From: Chiloscyllium plagiosum | Lineage: Eukaryota | DNA: 64,000 nt | Direction: 5' to 3' | NCBI RefSeq assembly: GCF_004010195.1 | Contig: NC_057719.1 | Coordinates: forward strand, 53,166,523 to 53,230,522 | In this document: positions 1 through 13,421 of the stretch, piece by piece | How positions within the stretch are numbered: the first letter of the stretch is position 1 | How the letters are laid out: the number at the start of each line of letters is the position of its first letter | Notes under the pieces: model-generated | The model's database searches: none | The model's input: the letters and a program-made list of their open reading frames with translations, nothing else | Told to the model about the DNA's origin: nothing | Position numbers and translations under genes: made by a program

Positions 1-3000
1 GGGAGAGAGTGAGCCCAGTGCAGGGGAGAGAGTGAGCTCAGTGTGGGACACTGAATGAGACCAGTACAGGGGAGAGAATGAGCTCAGTGTGGGACACTGA
101 ACGAGAGCCCAGTGTTGCAGAGAGATTGAGCTCAGTATGGGAGACAGAACGAGACCAGTGCAGGGGAGAGAATGAGCCCAGTGTAGGGGAGAGAATGAGC
201 CCAGTGTGGGAGACTGAATGAGACCAACGCGGGGAGAGAATTAGCCCAGTGTAGGGGAGAGAGTGAGCCCAGTGTGGGAGACTGAACGAGACCAATGCAG
301 GGGAGAGAATGAGCCCAGTCGAGGGGAGAGAATGAGCCCAATGTAGGGAGACAATGGGCCCAGTGCAGGGGAGAGAATGAGCTCAGTGCAGGGGAGAGAG
401 CAAGCCCAGTGCAGGGGAGAGAGTGAGCGCAATGCAGGGGAGAGAGTGAGCTCAGTGTGGGACACTGAATGAGACCAGTACAGGGGAGAGAATGAGCTCA
501 GTGTGGGACACTGAACGAGACCAGTTCAGGGGAGAGAATTAGCCCAGTGTGGGACACTGAAAGAGCCCAGAGCAGGAGGAGAGAATGAGCTCAGGGTGGG
601 ACACTGAACGAGACCAGTGCAGGGGAGTGAATTAGCCCAGTGTGGGACACTGAACGAGCCCAGAGCAGGGGGAGAGAATGAGCTCAGGGTGGGACAGTGA
701 ACGGGACCAGTGCGGGTGTGAGAATGAGCTCAGTCTAGGAGATAGAATGAAACCAATGCAGGGTAGAGAATAAGCCCAGTGTAGGGGAGAGAATAAGCCC
801 AGTGTAGGGGAGAGAATAAGCACAGTGTAGGGGAGAGAATGAGCCCAGTGTAGAGAGAGAACAAGCTCAGGGCGGGGGAGAGAATGAGCTCAGTGTGGGA
901 CACTGAACGAGACCAGTGCAGGGGAAAGAATGAGCTCAGTGCTGAACGAGACCAGTGCAGGGGAAAGAATGAGCTCAGTGTGGGACACTGAACGAGACCA
1001 GTGCAGAGTAGAGAATGAGCCCAGTGTAGACAGAGAACAAGCCCAGTCCAGGAGAGAGAGTGAGCCCAGTGCAGGGGAGCGAACGAGCTCAGTGCCGTGG
1101 AGAGAACGAACCCAGCACGGGAGAGAATGAGCTTAGTGCAGGGCAGAAAATGAGCCCAGTGCAGGGGAGAGAGTGAGCTCAGTGCAGGGGAGAGAATGAA
1201 CTCAGTGTGGGATACTGAATGAGACCAATGCAGGGGAGAGAAAGAACTCAGTGTGGGACACTGAACAAGACCAGTGCAGGGGAGAGAATGAGCTCAGTGC
1301 AGGGGAGAGAGTGAGCACAGTGTGGGGGAGAGAGTGAGCCCAGTGTGAAGAAGAGATTGAACCCAGTGCAGGGAGAGAGTGAGCCCAGAGCAAGGGAGAG
1401 AATGAGCTCAGTGTCGGACACTGAATGAGACCAATGCGGGGGAGAGAATGAGCCCAGTGTAGGGAGAGAATGAGCCCAGTGCGGGGGAGGGAGTGAGCCC
1501 AGTGCAGGGGAGAGAGTGAGCTCAGTGTGGGGGAGAGATAAGCCCAGTGCAGGGAGAGAGAGTGAGCCCTGTGGAAGGGAGAGAATGAGCTCAGTGTGGG
1601 AGACTAAATAAGATCAGTGCAAGAGAGAGAATGAGCTCAGTGTGGGATACTGAATGAGACCAGTGCGGGGGAGAGAATGAGCCCAGTGTGGGACACTGAA
1701 TGAGACCAGTGCAGGGGAGAGAATGAGCCCAGTGTACGGAGAGAATGAGCGCAATGTAGGGGAGAGAATGAGCGCAATGTAGGGGAGAGATTGAGCCCAG
1801 AGTTGGGAGAGAATGAGCCAATGCAAGGGAGAAAGCGAGCCCAGTGCAGGGCAGAGAAAGAGCCAAGTGCAGGAAAGAGAATGAGCCCAGTTTGGGGGAG
1901 AGAGTGAGCCAAGTGTGAAGGAGAGAGTGAACCCAGTGCAGGGGAGAGAATGAGCCCAGTGCAGGGGAGAGAGTAAGCCCAGTGCAGAGGAGAGAGAGAG
2001 CCCAGTGTCGGGGAGAGAATGAGCTCAGTGTGGGACACTGAACAAGACCAGTGCAAGGGAGAGAATGAGCTCAGTGTGGGACACTGAACGAGAGCCCAGT
2101 GTTGCAGAGAGATTGAGCTCAGTATGGGAGACAGAACGAGACCAGTGCAGGGGAGAGACTGAGCCCAGTGCGTTGGAGAGAATGAGCCCAGTGTGGGAGA
2201 CTGTACGGGACCAATGCAGGGGAGAGAATGAGCCCAGTATAGGGTGAGATCAAGCCCAGTGTCATGGAGAGTATGAGCCCAGTGTGGGAGAGAATGAGCC
2301 CAGTGCAGGGGAGATAGTGAGCCCAGTGCAGGGGAGAGAGCGAGCCAAGTGCAGGGGAGAGAGTGAGCCGAGTGCAGGGGAGAGAGTGAGCCGAGTGCAA
2401 GGGAGAGAGTGAGCCGAGTGCAGGGGAGAGAGCAAGCCCAGTGCAGGGGAGAGAGTGAGCCCAGTGTGGTACACTGAACGAGGCCAGTGCAGGGGAGAGA
2501 ATGAGCTCAGTGTGGGAGACTAAACAAGATCAGTGCAAGAGACAGAATGAGCTCAGTGTGGGACACTGAATGAGACCAATGCAGGGGTGAGAGCGAGCCC
2601 AGTGCAGGGGAGAGAACGAGCCCAGTGCTGTGAAGAGAACGAGCCCAGCGCGGGAGAGAATGAGCTCAGTGCAGGGCAGAGAATGGGCCAGTGCCGGGGA
2701 GAGAGTTAGCCCAGGGCAGGGGAGAGAGTGAGCTCAGTGTGGGGAAGAGAGTGAGCCCAGTGTGAAGAAGAGATTTAACCCAGTTCAGGGGAGAGAATGA
2801 GCCCAGTGCAGGGAGAGAGAGTGAGCCCAGTGCAAGGAGAGAATGAGCTCAGTGTGGGAGACTAAATAAGATCAGTGCAAGAGAGAGAATGAGACCAATG
2901 TGGGGGAGAGAATGAGACCAATGTGGGGGAGAGAATGAGACCAGTGCAGGGGAGAGAATTAGACCAGTGCAGGGGAGAGAATGAGCTCAGTGTGGGACAC

Positions 3001-6000
3001 TGGATGAGACCAATGTGGGGAAGAGAATGAGCCCAGTGTAGGGAGAGAATGAGCCCAGTGCAGGGCAGAGAATGAGCTCAGTGTGGGAGACTAAATAAGA
3101 TCAGTGCAAGCAGTGTGGGACACTGAATGAGACCAGTGCAGGGGTGAGAGCGAGCCCAGTGCAGGGGAGAGAACGAGCCCAGTGCTGTGAAGAGAACGAG
3201 CCCAGCGGGGGAGAGAATGAGCTCAGTGCAGGGCAGAGAATGGGCCAGTGCCGGGGAGAGAGTGAGCCCAGGGCAGGGGAGAGAATGAGCTCAGTGTGGG
3301 ACACTGGATGAGACCAATGTGGGGAAGAGAATGAGCTCAGTGTAGGGAGAGAATGAGCCCAGTGCAGGGCAGAGAAAGAGCCTAGTGCAGGAAAGAGAGT
3401 GAGCCCAGTTTGGGGGAGAGAGTGAGCCAATTGTGAAGGAGAGAGTGAACCCAGTGCAGGGGAGAGAATGAGCCCAGTGCAGGGGAGAGAGTAAGCCCAG
3501 TGCAGGGGAGAGAGTGAGCTCAGTGCAGGGGAGAGAGTGAGCCCAGTGTGGGACACTGAACGAGACCAGTGCAATGGAGAGAATGAGCTCAGTGTGGGAC
3601 ACTGAACGAGACCAGTGCGGGGGAGAGAATGAGCTCAGTGTGTGACACTGAACAAGACCAATGCAGGGGAGAGAATGAGCCCAGTGTAGGGGAGAGAATG
3701 AGCCCAGTGTGGGAGACTAAACGAGACCGTGCAGGAGAGAGAAAGAGCCCAGTGTAAGGGAGAGAATGAGCTCAGAGTTGCAGACAGAATGAGACCAGTG
3801 CAGTGGAGAGAATGAGCCCAGTGCGAGGGAGAGAATGAGCCCAGTGTGGGGGAGAGAGTGAGCCCAGTGCAGGGGAGAGAGTGAGCTCAGTGTGGGACAC
3901 TGAACAAGCCCAGTGCGGGGAAGAGAATGAGCCCAATTCAGGGGACAGAATTAGTCCAGTGCAGAAGAGAGAGTGAGCCCAGTGCAGAAGAGAGCACGAG
4001 CCCAGTGCGGGAAGAGAGGACGAGCCCAGTGCAGGGGAGAGTGCGAGGGGTGAACATGCCCAGTGTGGGTAGAGAATATCCTCATTCTAGGGAGAGAATG
4101 AGTCCAGTACGGGGGAGAGACCGAATCTAGTGCAAGGGAGAGAAAAGCCCAGTGCGGGTGACATAATGAGCTCAGTGCGGGGAGAGAACAAGCCTAGTGC
4201 TGGGGTAAGTGAAAGAGCCCAGTGCTGGGGAGAGAGAAAGGGCCCAGTGCTGGGGAGAGAGAACAAGCCCAATGCTGGAGGAGAGAACAATCCTAATGTA
4301 GGGAGAGAACAAACCCAGTGCAGGGGAGAGAAGGAGCTCAGTATTGGGGAGAGCGCACCCAGTGCAGTGGAGAGCGCGGGCCCAGTGCGGGGGACAGGAG
4401 GAGCACGGTATGGGGGGAAAGAACGAACCCAGTGCAGGAGAGAGCAGGAGCCCAGTGCGGGGAAAGAATGAGCCCAATGTAGGGGAGTGATTGAACAAGC
4501 CCAGTGTGGAGGTCAGAACAAGTCCAGTGTGGAGGAGAGAGTGAGGCCATGCTGGGGAGAGAGTGAGCCCAGTGCTGGGATAAGTGCAAGCCCAATGCGA
4601 GAGAGAGAACGAGATCAGTGCAGAGGAGAGAGTGAGCCCTGTTCTGGAGTCAGAACAAATCCACTGCACAGGATAGAATGAGCATAGTGCGAGGGAGAGT
4701 GCGAGCCTAGTGCAGGGGAGAGATCGAACCCAGTGCAGGAGAGAGATGCAGCCCAGTGCAGGGGAGAGATGCAGCCCAGTGCAAGGGAGAGAGTGAGCCC
4801 AGTGTTGGGTGTGAACAGGAAGAGCACAGGGACAGAACAAGCTCAGTGCAAGGCAGAGAACAAAACCAGTGCATGGGAGAGAACAAGCCCAGTGCAGGTG
4901 ACATAATGAGCTCAGTGCAGGGGAGAGTTCGAGCCCAGTTCGGGAGGAGAATGAACCCAGTGATGGGAAGACAATGAGCCTAGTGCGGGGAGAGAGAATG
5001 AGCTCAATGCAGGAGAGAGCGCGAACCCAGTGCGGGGAAGAGATCGTGCCCAGTGCGTGGGACAGAGTAAGCCCAATGCGGTGGAGAGAGTGAGCTCAGT
5101 GTGGGGGAGAGAGAGAGAGAGCCCAATGCAGGGGAGAGAACATGCCCCATGCAGGGAGAGAATGAGCCCAGTGCGGGGGAGGGAACAAACCCAGTGCGGG
5201 GAAGAGATCGTGCCCAGTGCAGGGGAGAGAGTGAGCCCAGTGCACAGGAGAGAGTAAGTCTAGTGTAGGGGAAAGAACACACCCAGTTCAGGGGAATAAA
5301 TGAGCACAGTGTGAGGGAGAGAACGAGCCCAGTGCAGGGGGAGAGAACAAGCCCAGTGCAGGTGACATAATGAGCTTAGTGCAGGGGACAGATTGAGTCC
5401 AGTGCGGGGGACATAACAAGTCCAGTGCGGGGGAGTGAATGAGCCCAGTGCAGGAAGAGAATGAACCCAGTGCGGGGAAGATTGTGAGCCCAGTGGGGGG
5501 AGAAAGAACGAGTCCAGTGCAGGAGAGAATGCGAGCTCAGTGCGGGGGAGAGAACAAACCCAGTGCATGGGGAGAGATCATGCCCAGTGCAGGGAAGAGA
5601 GTGAGCGCAGTGTGAGGAGGGAAGGAGCCCGGTGTGAGGGAGAGATAGTGAACCCAGTGTGGGGGAGAGAGTGAGCCCAGTGTGGGGAGAGAATGAGCCC
5701 AGTGTGGGGTAGAGAGTGAGCCCAGTGTGGGGTAGAGAGCGATCTCAGTGCAGGGGTGAGAAGGAGCTCAGTGCGGGGAAGAGAGTGAGCATAGTGCAGG
5801 GGAGAGAAGGAGCCCAGGGCAGGGGAGAGAGTGAGCCCAGTGTGTGGAAGAGAGAGTGAGCCCAGTGCGGGGGAGGGAAGGAGCCCGGTGTGAGGGAGAG
5901 ATAGTGAACCCAGTGTGGGGGAGAGAGTGAGCCCAGTGTGGGGAGAGAATGAGCCCAGTGTGGGGTAGAGAGTGAGCCCAGTGTGGGGTAGAGAGCGATC

Positions 6001-7450
6001 TCAGTGCAGGGGTGAGAAGGAGCTCAGTGCGGGGAAGAGAGTGAGCATAGTGCAGGGGAGAGAAGGAGCCCAGGGCAGGGGAGAGAGTGAGCCCAGTGTG
6101 TGGAAGAGAGAGTGAGCCCAGTGCGGGGGAGGGAAGGAGCCCGGTGTGAGGGAGAGATAGTGAACCCAGTGTGGGGGAGAGAGTGAGCCCAGTGTGGGGA
6201 GAGAATGAGCCCAGTGTGGGGTAGAGAGTGAGCCCAGTGTGGGGTAGAGAGCGATCTCAGTGCAGGGGTGAGAAGGAGCTCAGTGCGGGGAAGAGAGTGA
6301 GTATTGTGCAGGGGAGAGAAGGAGCCCAGGGCAGGGGAGAGAGTGAGCCCAGTGTGTGGAAGAGAGAGTGAGCCCAGTGCGGGGGAGGGAAGGAGCCCGG
6401 TGTGAGGGAGAGATAGTGAACCCAGTGTGGGGGAGAGAGTGAGCCCAGTGTGGGGAGAGAATGAGCCCAATGTGGGGTAGAGAGTGAGCCCAGTTTGGGG
6501 TAGAGAGCGATCTCAGTGCAGGGGTGAGAAGGAGCTCAGTGCGGGGAAGAGAGTGAGTATTGTGCAGGGGAGAGAAGGAGCCCAGGGCAGGGGAGAGAGT
6601 GAGCCCAGTGTGTGGAAGAGAGAGTGAGCCCAGTGCGGGGGAGGGAAGGAGCCCGGTGTGAGGGAGAGATAGTGAACCCAGTGTGGGGGAGAGAGTGAGC
6701 CCAGTGTGGGGAGAGAATGAGCCCTGTGTGGGGAAAGAATGAGCCCAATGTGGGGAGAGAAGGAGCCCAGTGCGGGGAAGAGAGAGTGAGCCCAGTGTGG
6801 GGAAGAGAGTGAGCCCAGTGCGAGGAGAGAAGGAGCCCAGTGTGGGGAGAGAATGAGACCAGTGTGGGGTAGAGAGTGAGCCCAGTGTGGGGTAGGACCG
6901 ATCTCCCAGTGTGGGGTAGAGAGTGAGCCCAGTGTGGGGTAGAGACCGATCTCAGTGCAGGGGTGAGAAGGAGCCCAGTGTGGGGGAGAGAGAATGAGCT
7001 CAGTGCAGGGAAGAGAGTGAGCACAGTGCGGGGGAGAGAAGGAGCCCAGGGCAGGGGAGAGAGTGTGCTCAGTGTGTGGGAGAGATAGTGAACCCAGTGC
7101 GGGGGAGAGAGTGAGCCCAGTGTGGGGAGAGAATGAGCCCAGTGTGGGGAAAGAATGAGCCCAGTGTGGGGAAAGAATGAGCCCAGTGTGGGGAGAGAAG
7201 GAGCACATTGTGGGGAAGAGAGAGTGAGCCCAGTGAGGGGAAGAGAGTGAGCCCAGTGCGGGGAAGAGAGTGAGCCCTGTGCAGGGGGAGAGAAGGAGCC
7301 CAGTGTGGGAAAGAGAGAGTGAGCACAGTGCAGGGGAGGGAATGAGCCCAGGGCAGGGGGAGAGAAGGAGCCCAGGGCAGGGGAGGGAACAAGTCCAGCA
7401 CAAGGAGACAATGAGCCCTCGTGGGGAGTGCAAGCCCTCATGAGAAAAGC
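1..7450. repeat. Purine-rich tandem minisatellite/satellite array, monomer ~20-23 bp (consensus ~GAGCCCAGTGCAGGGGAGAGA[A/G]T); runs off the left edge of the window
   Basis: Continuous degenerate copies of GAGCCCAGTG..GGGGAGAGA; decays at ~7400-7450; the ORFs here are only translations of the repeat (LSPALG/SLPHW). Confidence 0.97.
5625..6720. repeat. 256-bp higher-order repeat (~12 monomers), a little over 4 copies, within the satellite
   Basis: Marker GAGCCCGGTGTGAGGGAGAGATAGTGAACCC starts at 5625, 5881, 6137, 6393 and 6649 (spacing exactly 256). Confidence 0.93.
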
Positions 7451-7539
7451 CAAGCACAGAGCATCTGCAAGGCCATGGCTAAAGAATAACTGTCATGTTG
7501 AACTTTTTTACTTTATTTCTTTTTGTTTCTATTTTGCAG

Positions 7540-7660
7540 CTAAGATTTGTGCCTAGGTATCTACGATGGCACTGGGAATGATGACATTTTCTACTTTTCT
7601 ACTGCTGTACTCTTGTATCCCTGTATTTAGATTTACATGACAATAAATATTTATTCTATA
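7540..7660 (+). mobile_element. Short LINE-like 3'-end fragment (related minus-strand copies at ~33515-33630 and ~34567-34675)
   Basis: Shared GTGCCTAGGTA...TGACAATAAA motif; the minus-strand copies read (GAATT)n..CTTTATT..TACCTAGG. Confidence 0.45.
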
Positions 7661-7824
7661 ACAACAAAACCTAATTCTAGTTTGGCCACTGTGAATTATA
7701 ATATGCTGCTTTGTATTGTTTTGCTTGCATTCAACTACACCTACTTTATTCTTTGAGCTGTGTTAATAATTGCTGAGGGCTTGCCTGTCCCAAAGACAGA
7801 GTTGAGGCAGAATGATCTCTGTAT

Positions 7825-8005
7825 TGTCAGATTTGGAAAAGTGGCAGTTAGCATAGTCCCAGGGAGCCATAGGCCACCCTGTCATTAGAGAGAGAGATGT
7901 CCAGTGGCTAGTTCAACCAGAGTTTCACAAGTAAGGGGTGATGCTGAGAAAGGAACTTCTTTAGAGTGACCTCAGTCAGGACTGGCATTGAATTCCTGAT
8001 GGTAT
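7825..8005 (-). mobile_element. Decayed tRNA-derived SINE remnant
   Basis: Reverse box-B-like GGCATTGAATTCC at the right end; body resembles shark SINE sequence; heavily diverged. Confidence 0.4.
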
Positions 8006-9155
8006 TTTTACATTAAATCACAAACCATCCACACCTAACCTAGCCTTACAGGACAGGTGATAATGATGCACTGAATGAAGCACTTTGTCTATCTGAACAT
8101 GCCAAACTATTTTTAGAGGCTGAACGCTGATTGTAAAGATACCCAGTAATCATTTAACCGATGAGGCATGTTTACTTGAGGTGAAGGAAACAGCATCAAA
8201 GGATCAAGAGGAATGTTCTTTATAAAAACTAAATCAATAGAATCCATCATATTTTTGGGTATCAGATTTGATCATTCCCCTGCAGTCTCCTGCTCTTCAG
8301 CCAGCAGGACCAGCAGATGGTAAATTGTATGTCTTACTGCTGTACCACCTGACTACATACTTTTGTAAGTTGTTTATGAATTATTTGAAACTCACCATTG
8401 AATAGTTCAAACGCTTCGATGCACATACTCTGAATTGTTGCTTCTGGGAAGAAATCTGGAGAAATTTTAATCCTGGTCTCAAATGTAACATTTCTTAGCA
8501 AAGTAATTTTCTATGTCCTGTAGTTAAAGCATCTTTTATAACTCTATACTTGTTACATTAGATCCTTGAAGCAGGATATCACAATTAAATATTTATCAAA
8601 CTTTACTTGTGCTTTTTCTCAAGCTCACACATTAACTGCAAATCAAATTAAAATTCTCCACACTATAAGAAGACAGATCCTTGGGTAAACTGAAATCTTG
8701 GATGACAGGTTTAATAGCAAAGCATTTGTAAGAGTTAATACACAGCTACTGTGAGAATGAAAATTGGCAAGACTCCCTTCCATGAGAAATTGATTTTCAT
8801 ATCTTTACACAGATATACTGCAGTACATGAATAAATTTATAATTATGATTCATTCTGTCAGAAATCTGTGTAATTTTCTGTTCCACTTGTTATCTTTCCA
8901 GAATGTTTTTCTCTGTTTATATAGCTATATTTCTCAGTTCAATGCTATAAAGATAATGCTGTATCTGGGAAATTTTCAAGTGTCAATATTTAATTATCTG
9001 CTTGAACCCAAACTAATCAATTTGATAGTCCTGCGATCCTGTCAATTGTAGTAAAACTGATGACCTTTAAACAATCATTCTGATTTAATTCCTTTGATCT
9101 GTAAGATGAAAATTTATCTAATTTTTGTTGATAACATTATTTGATTTTTTTTCAG

Positions 9156-9218
9156 TTTGAAATACGAGCTCTTATGTGATGATACATTGCATCTAGCCAA
9201 AACGATTATAGACTTATG
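9156..9218 (+). CDS. Candidate internal exon of an unidentified gene (63 nt, LKYELLCDDTLHLAKTIIDL)
   Basis: Polypyrimidine TTTTTTTTCAG acceptor, G|GTAAAC donor, length a multiple of 3, one open frame, non-repetitive context; no homology recognised. Confidence 0.3.
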
Positions 9219-10096
9219 GTAAACCATACAGTTATATTTGTTTTTTTAAGACTGAACCGAGTAAACCTTCCTGGCTAATCTAACCATTGCCATACGGCTG
9301 CGGGTTATATTTGGAAAATGTGTAAAGGTGTGACAAATTTGTATGCAAAAATAAAGCAAACATAGGCTAAATACAAGTTCTTCTCCAACACTCAGCATAT
9401 CTCCACGCTACTGTTAGCTGTTGTAACACAAAAATAAACTATCAAGGGAAGAAATCCTTCCTTAAACTTGGCAACTTCAGTGAGTATGGCCTTCAGCTCC
9501 TCTGTGGACGAAATGCAACAACGGAAAGAAATGCTGCAAAGTACAAAGGGAGGAAAAGGGTGAAGTGGTCTCACGAACCATGTGTAACGAGATGGCACTG
9601 GCAGAATGTCATCAGTACATTGCAGACTAACATTGACAAGCATGAGGTAGAAGAACTGTCACTGTTGCTTTTTATCTCTTGGGCATTAAGAGACTGATTG
9701 GCCCCATGATACCAGTGAGCAGTGAAGAAATGGCTTTCAACGTCTACCCCATACCAAGCCGTATACAGAATTTGAGTAGGTTTGTAAACTGAGGTTTCCA
9801 CTCTTTTGACATCTATTTGAATTCACCGCCCTCTAGAGGAGAGCTGTGAATGACGTGATGGTTAAGCAAGACAAATGTGATCAATCAATCAGATTGAACT
9901 ATCCTCACTAAGGTATGTGGATAACAAAAAGCAAGAGACAAAGTAATTTGATGTTGAATCATAACATGTAAGACAAAATGGTGTATAAAATGCTGCTAAC
10001 TTTTTCAACTACGACAGGCTATACATGCAGGAGTAGATATCCTCAATTTGTTTTCATTTATTCCCGGGTGACCCATACTAAGTCAGAGTTTATTTC

Positions 10097-10950
10097 TGAT
10101 TACAACAGGATATTGATTAGATGGGCTAATGGGCTGAGGAGTGGCAGATGGAGTTTAATTTAGAGAAATGTGAGGTGCTGCATTTTGGACTGGCAAGTCA
10201 TGGTGGGACTTATACATTTAATGGTAAAGTCCCAGGCAGTGATGCTGAACAAAGAGACCTTGAAGAGGTACATAGCTCCTTGAAAGTGGAGGCGCAGGTA
10301 GACAGGTAGTGAAGAAGGCATTTGGTGTGCTTTCTTTATTGGTAGAGCATTGAGTATAGGAATTAGGAGATCATGTTTCAGCAATACGGGACATTGTTAA
10401 GCCACTTTTGGAATAATGTATGCAATTCTGGTGTCCCTGCTATCAGAAGGACATTGTGAAACTTGAAAGGGTTCAGAAAAGATTTACATGGATGTTGCCA
10501 GGATTAGAGACAGTTTTAGAGAGAGCCTGAATGGACTGGGATTATTTCCCCTTAAACGTTAAAGCTGAAGGATGACCTTACAGAGGTTTATAAAATCATG
10601 AGGGACTTGGATAGGGTAAATAGACAAGGTATTTTACCTGGGGTGGGGGAGTCCAAAACTAGAGGACATGTGTTTTAAATTGAGAGGTGAAAAATTTAAA
10701 AGGGATCTAAGGGGCAATTTTTTCATGCAGAGGGTGGTGTGTGTATGAAATGAGCTGCCGGAGGAAATGGTGGAGGCTGGTACAATTACAACATTTAAAA
10801 GACATCTGGATGAATATGTGAATAGGAAGGGTTTAGAGAGATATGAGCCAAGTGTTGGCAAATGAGACTAAATTAATTTAAGATATCTGGTCGGCATGGA
10901 CAAGTTGGGCCAAAGGGTCTGTTTCCATGCTGTACATGTCAATGACTCTG
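10097..10950 (+). mobile_element. CR1-clade LINE, 5'-truncated 3' end (RT C-terminus plus 3' UTR), decayed
   Basis: GAGTGGCAGATGGAGTTTAAT (WQMEFN) then KCEVLHFG-like segment; CR1 tail GGGCCAAAGGGTCTGTTTCCATGCTGTA. Confidence 0.9.
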
Positions 10951-12079
10951 TACTGAAGAGTTTGGCTGTCTCCCTCTCTCTCTACATGATTAAAAACCAT
11001 TGCACGTGAATGCTTTGAGATACATTGCAACGTATAAAGGACATTACTTGTGTAAGTATGTAAAATTAACAACAGCCACAAACTATTCTTAGTTGGTAAA
11101 GGAAGGTGTTTTCACACATGGCGCTAAAGATGAGTGAATTGGATAAGTGTCAGGATAAAAGGGATTCTATATGCAGCAGGAAAAGACCATCTATAGGAGA
11201 GTGTGTGAGTGTGAGAGAATGAGACAGAGTGAGAGAGTGAGAATGAAAGACTTGGTGTCCAGAAGGTCAAAGCTACAAAAAAAATTGAGCACTCTACAGC
11301 CTAGAACTTAATACAGATAGCATAATATAACCCAAATTGTAATTCACTGTTCAGGATATTGAATAGCTTCTGAGATCTTAATAAACATGTCCTGGCTTTG
11401 TCTCAATTCACAACAAAGCTTTGCTGTCTAGTTTTTTTCCTGCCTTGAAGGGGTACAACACCCTTTCAATCTTTACACTGCATTACAAAGTCTTGTACAG
11501 AAATAAAGAAACCACAGGTTCATTGTAATTTCTTCTTCAAAATTCAACACATCTCCATTCTAATGTTAGTCTGAGTTTGTATGTCACTTGTTAGCTCAGC
11601 TTGGATCAGTGGTCACTTTTGCAGCCACCACAGTTAACTTCAGCAAGTCTTCAGACCCTCCTTAATGAAAATGTAACAGAGAATAGAAGGCAAAGGACAA
11701 GTGGATGTATGTCTCAAAAAATTGTTTCACATACCATGTGAAGGGCAATTGTTACATGTCACCAGAACTTTAAATCATACAGGAAATGGCAGTCATAATG
11801 ATACACAGTTTATTCAGGGAATTGTGTCAGCTGTAGACTTCTCATGAAGGATTCTCTTCTTCACTTCATTTTCTTCACAACAACTCATCAGTTCAAAGTT
11901 TACCTAATCATTGTTCCTATGGGTATATGACTTTGCCATTTTTCATCAGATGAATTCCTTCCTTTTCCCAACTCTGATATAGTTTCAAGTCAGATGTTGT
12001 TTCCTGTAATTTTGCACTGTAAACCTTGTAAATCTCATAATTGGTTCAAATGTTTCAACCAGCAACTCAATTTCAGCTG

Positions 12080-12175
12080 ATAAAAGCAAAACATTGCAGA
12101 TGCTGGAAATCAGAAATAAAAGCACAAGGTGCGAGAGAAACGCAGCCGTTCTGACAGCATTTCTGTTTTTATTTT
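12080..12175. mobile_element. Short Penelope-derived terminal fragment
   Basis: TGCAGATGCTGGAAATC motif shared with the hairpin elements at 31.8, 47.6 and 62.6 kb. Confidence 0.5.
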
Positions 12176-12799
12176 GTGTTGCTGGTTAGTCATGTTGAAC
12201 TGAGACAGTGTATGCTGAAAATCAGCAAAATTAGCCAACACCTAAGAACAACAGTTATCATTCAGGTTGCTAACTTCTCATTCAAAGTGGGAACCTGATG
12301 CTCTAAAGTCTCATCCTTAATTGTGGATGATCTGTGACACCATTTTCTGTCTAGTTACTTTCCATATTGCATATTATGTTTAACTTGATGTCTTCACATT
12401 GATTATCCCTGCTGGTCTATGTCAAGAAATAGATTAGTTTAGATGTTGCTTTCTTTGGTGTCCTCCTTTGTGGAATATATTTGGCAATAAAGAGGTGTCC
12501 AAAAATGGATCTTAAACTGAAATGGCTTTTTCATCCAGGAGGCAATGTGGTAAAGGAGCTAAGGCCAGCTCTGGGAATGATCAGCAAGAGCCATGTTAAA
12601 CAACTGACTACCAAATGGAATTTGACTAGTGTTAAGTAAAGAAATTGCATTGTATTTTGATGACAAACTCTTCAATGTTGTCCCTTACAAGAGATCAGCT
12701 TGGGAGTGGATGCAGTTTTGCTGATTATTTCAGCCTCTCCTTAAAAAGAATAGTATTGTAAATTAGAACTCCGCTGCACAGTGCCAATAGTTAAAAAAA

Positions 12800-13421
12800 A
12801 TACTTCATTTGGGATGCTCACCTTTATTGGTCAGTGCATTGAGTAGAGGAGTTGGGATGTCATGTTGTGGCTATACAGCACATTGGATACAGCACTTTTG
12901 GGATGCTACATTCAATTCTGGTCTCCCTGCAGTAGGGAAGATGTTGTTAAACTTGAAAGGCAGCAGAAAAGATTCACAAATATGTTGCCAGGGTTGGAGG
13001 GTTTGAGCTATAAAGAGAGGTTGAATAGGCTGGGGCTCTTTTCCCTGGAGAATTGGAGGGTGAAGAGTGATCTTATAGAGTTTTATAAAATCATGAGGGG
13101 CATGGATAGGGTGAATATCGAAGGGTAGGTGAATTCAAAACTAGAAGGTGTAAGTTTAAGGTGAGCGGTGAAAGATTTAAAAGGGATCTAAGGGACAATG
13201 TTTTCATGCAGATGGTGGTGTGTATATGAAAGGAGCTGCCAGATGATGTGATGAAGGCTGGTACAATTTCAGCATTTAAAAGGCACCTGGATGGGTAAAT
13301 GAAATGGAAGGGATATAGGCCAAACGCTGACAGTTGGGACTAGATTAATTTCAAATACCTGGTCAGCATGGACGAGTTGGACCGAAGGGTCTGTTTCCGT
13401 GCTGTATGACTCTATGACTCT
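12800..13421 (+). mobile_element. CR1 LINE 3' fragment
   Basis: ORF 12862-13128 QFWSP..REDVVKLERQQKRFTNMLPGLEGLSYKERLNRLGLFSLE; tail CTGTATGACTCTATGACTCTA. Confidence 0.92.

Noticed and set aside
1..7450. CRISPR-like regular repeats
   Set aside because: No unique spacers, units are contiguous and degenerate, context is vertebrate and no cas genes are present
38..7457. Dozens of ORFs up to 314 aa on both strands
   Set aside because: Translations of a stop-poor tandem repeat, open in several frames at once; not genes
9392..9502. Possible minus-strand exon EELKAILTEVAKFKEG after a CAG acceptor
   Set aside because: No convincing donor, phase does not join the 13.7 kb candidate, no recognised homology
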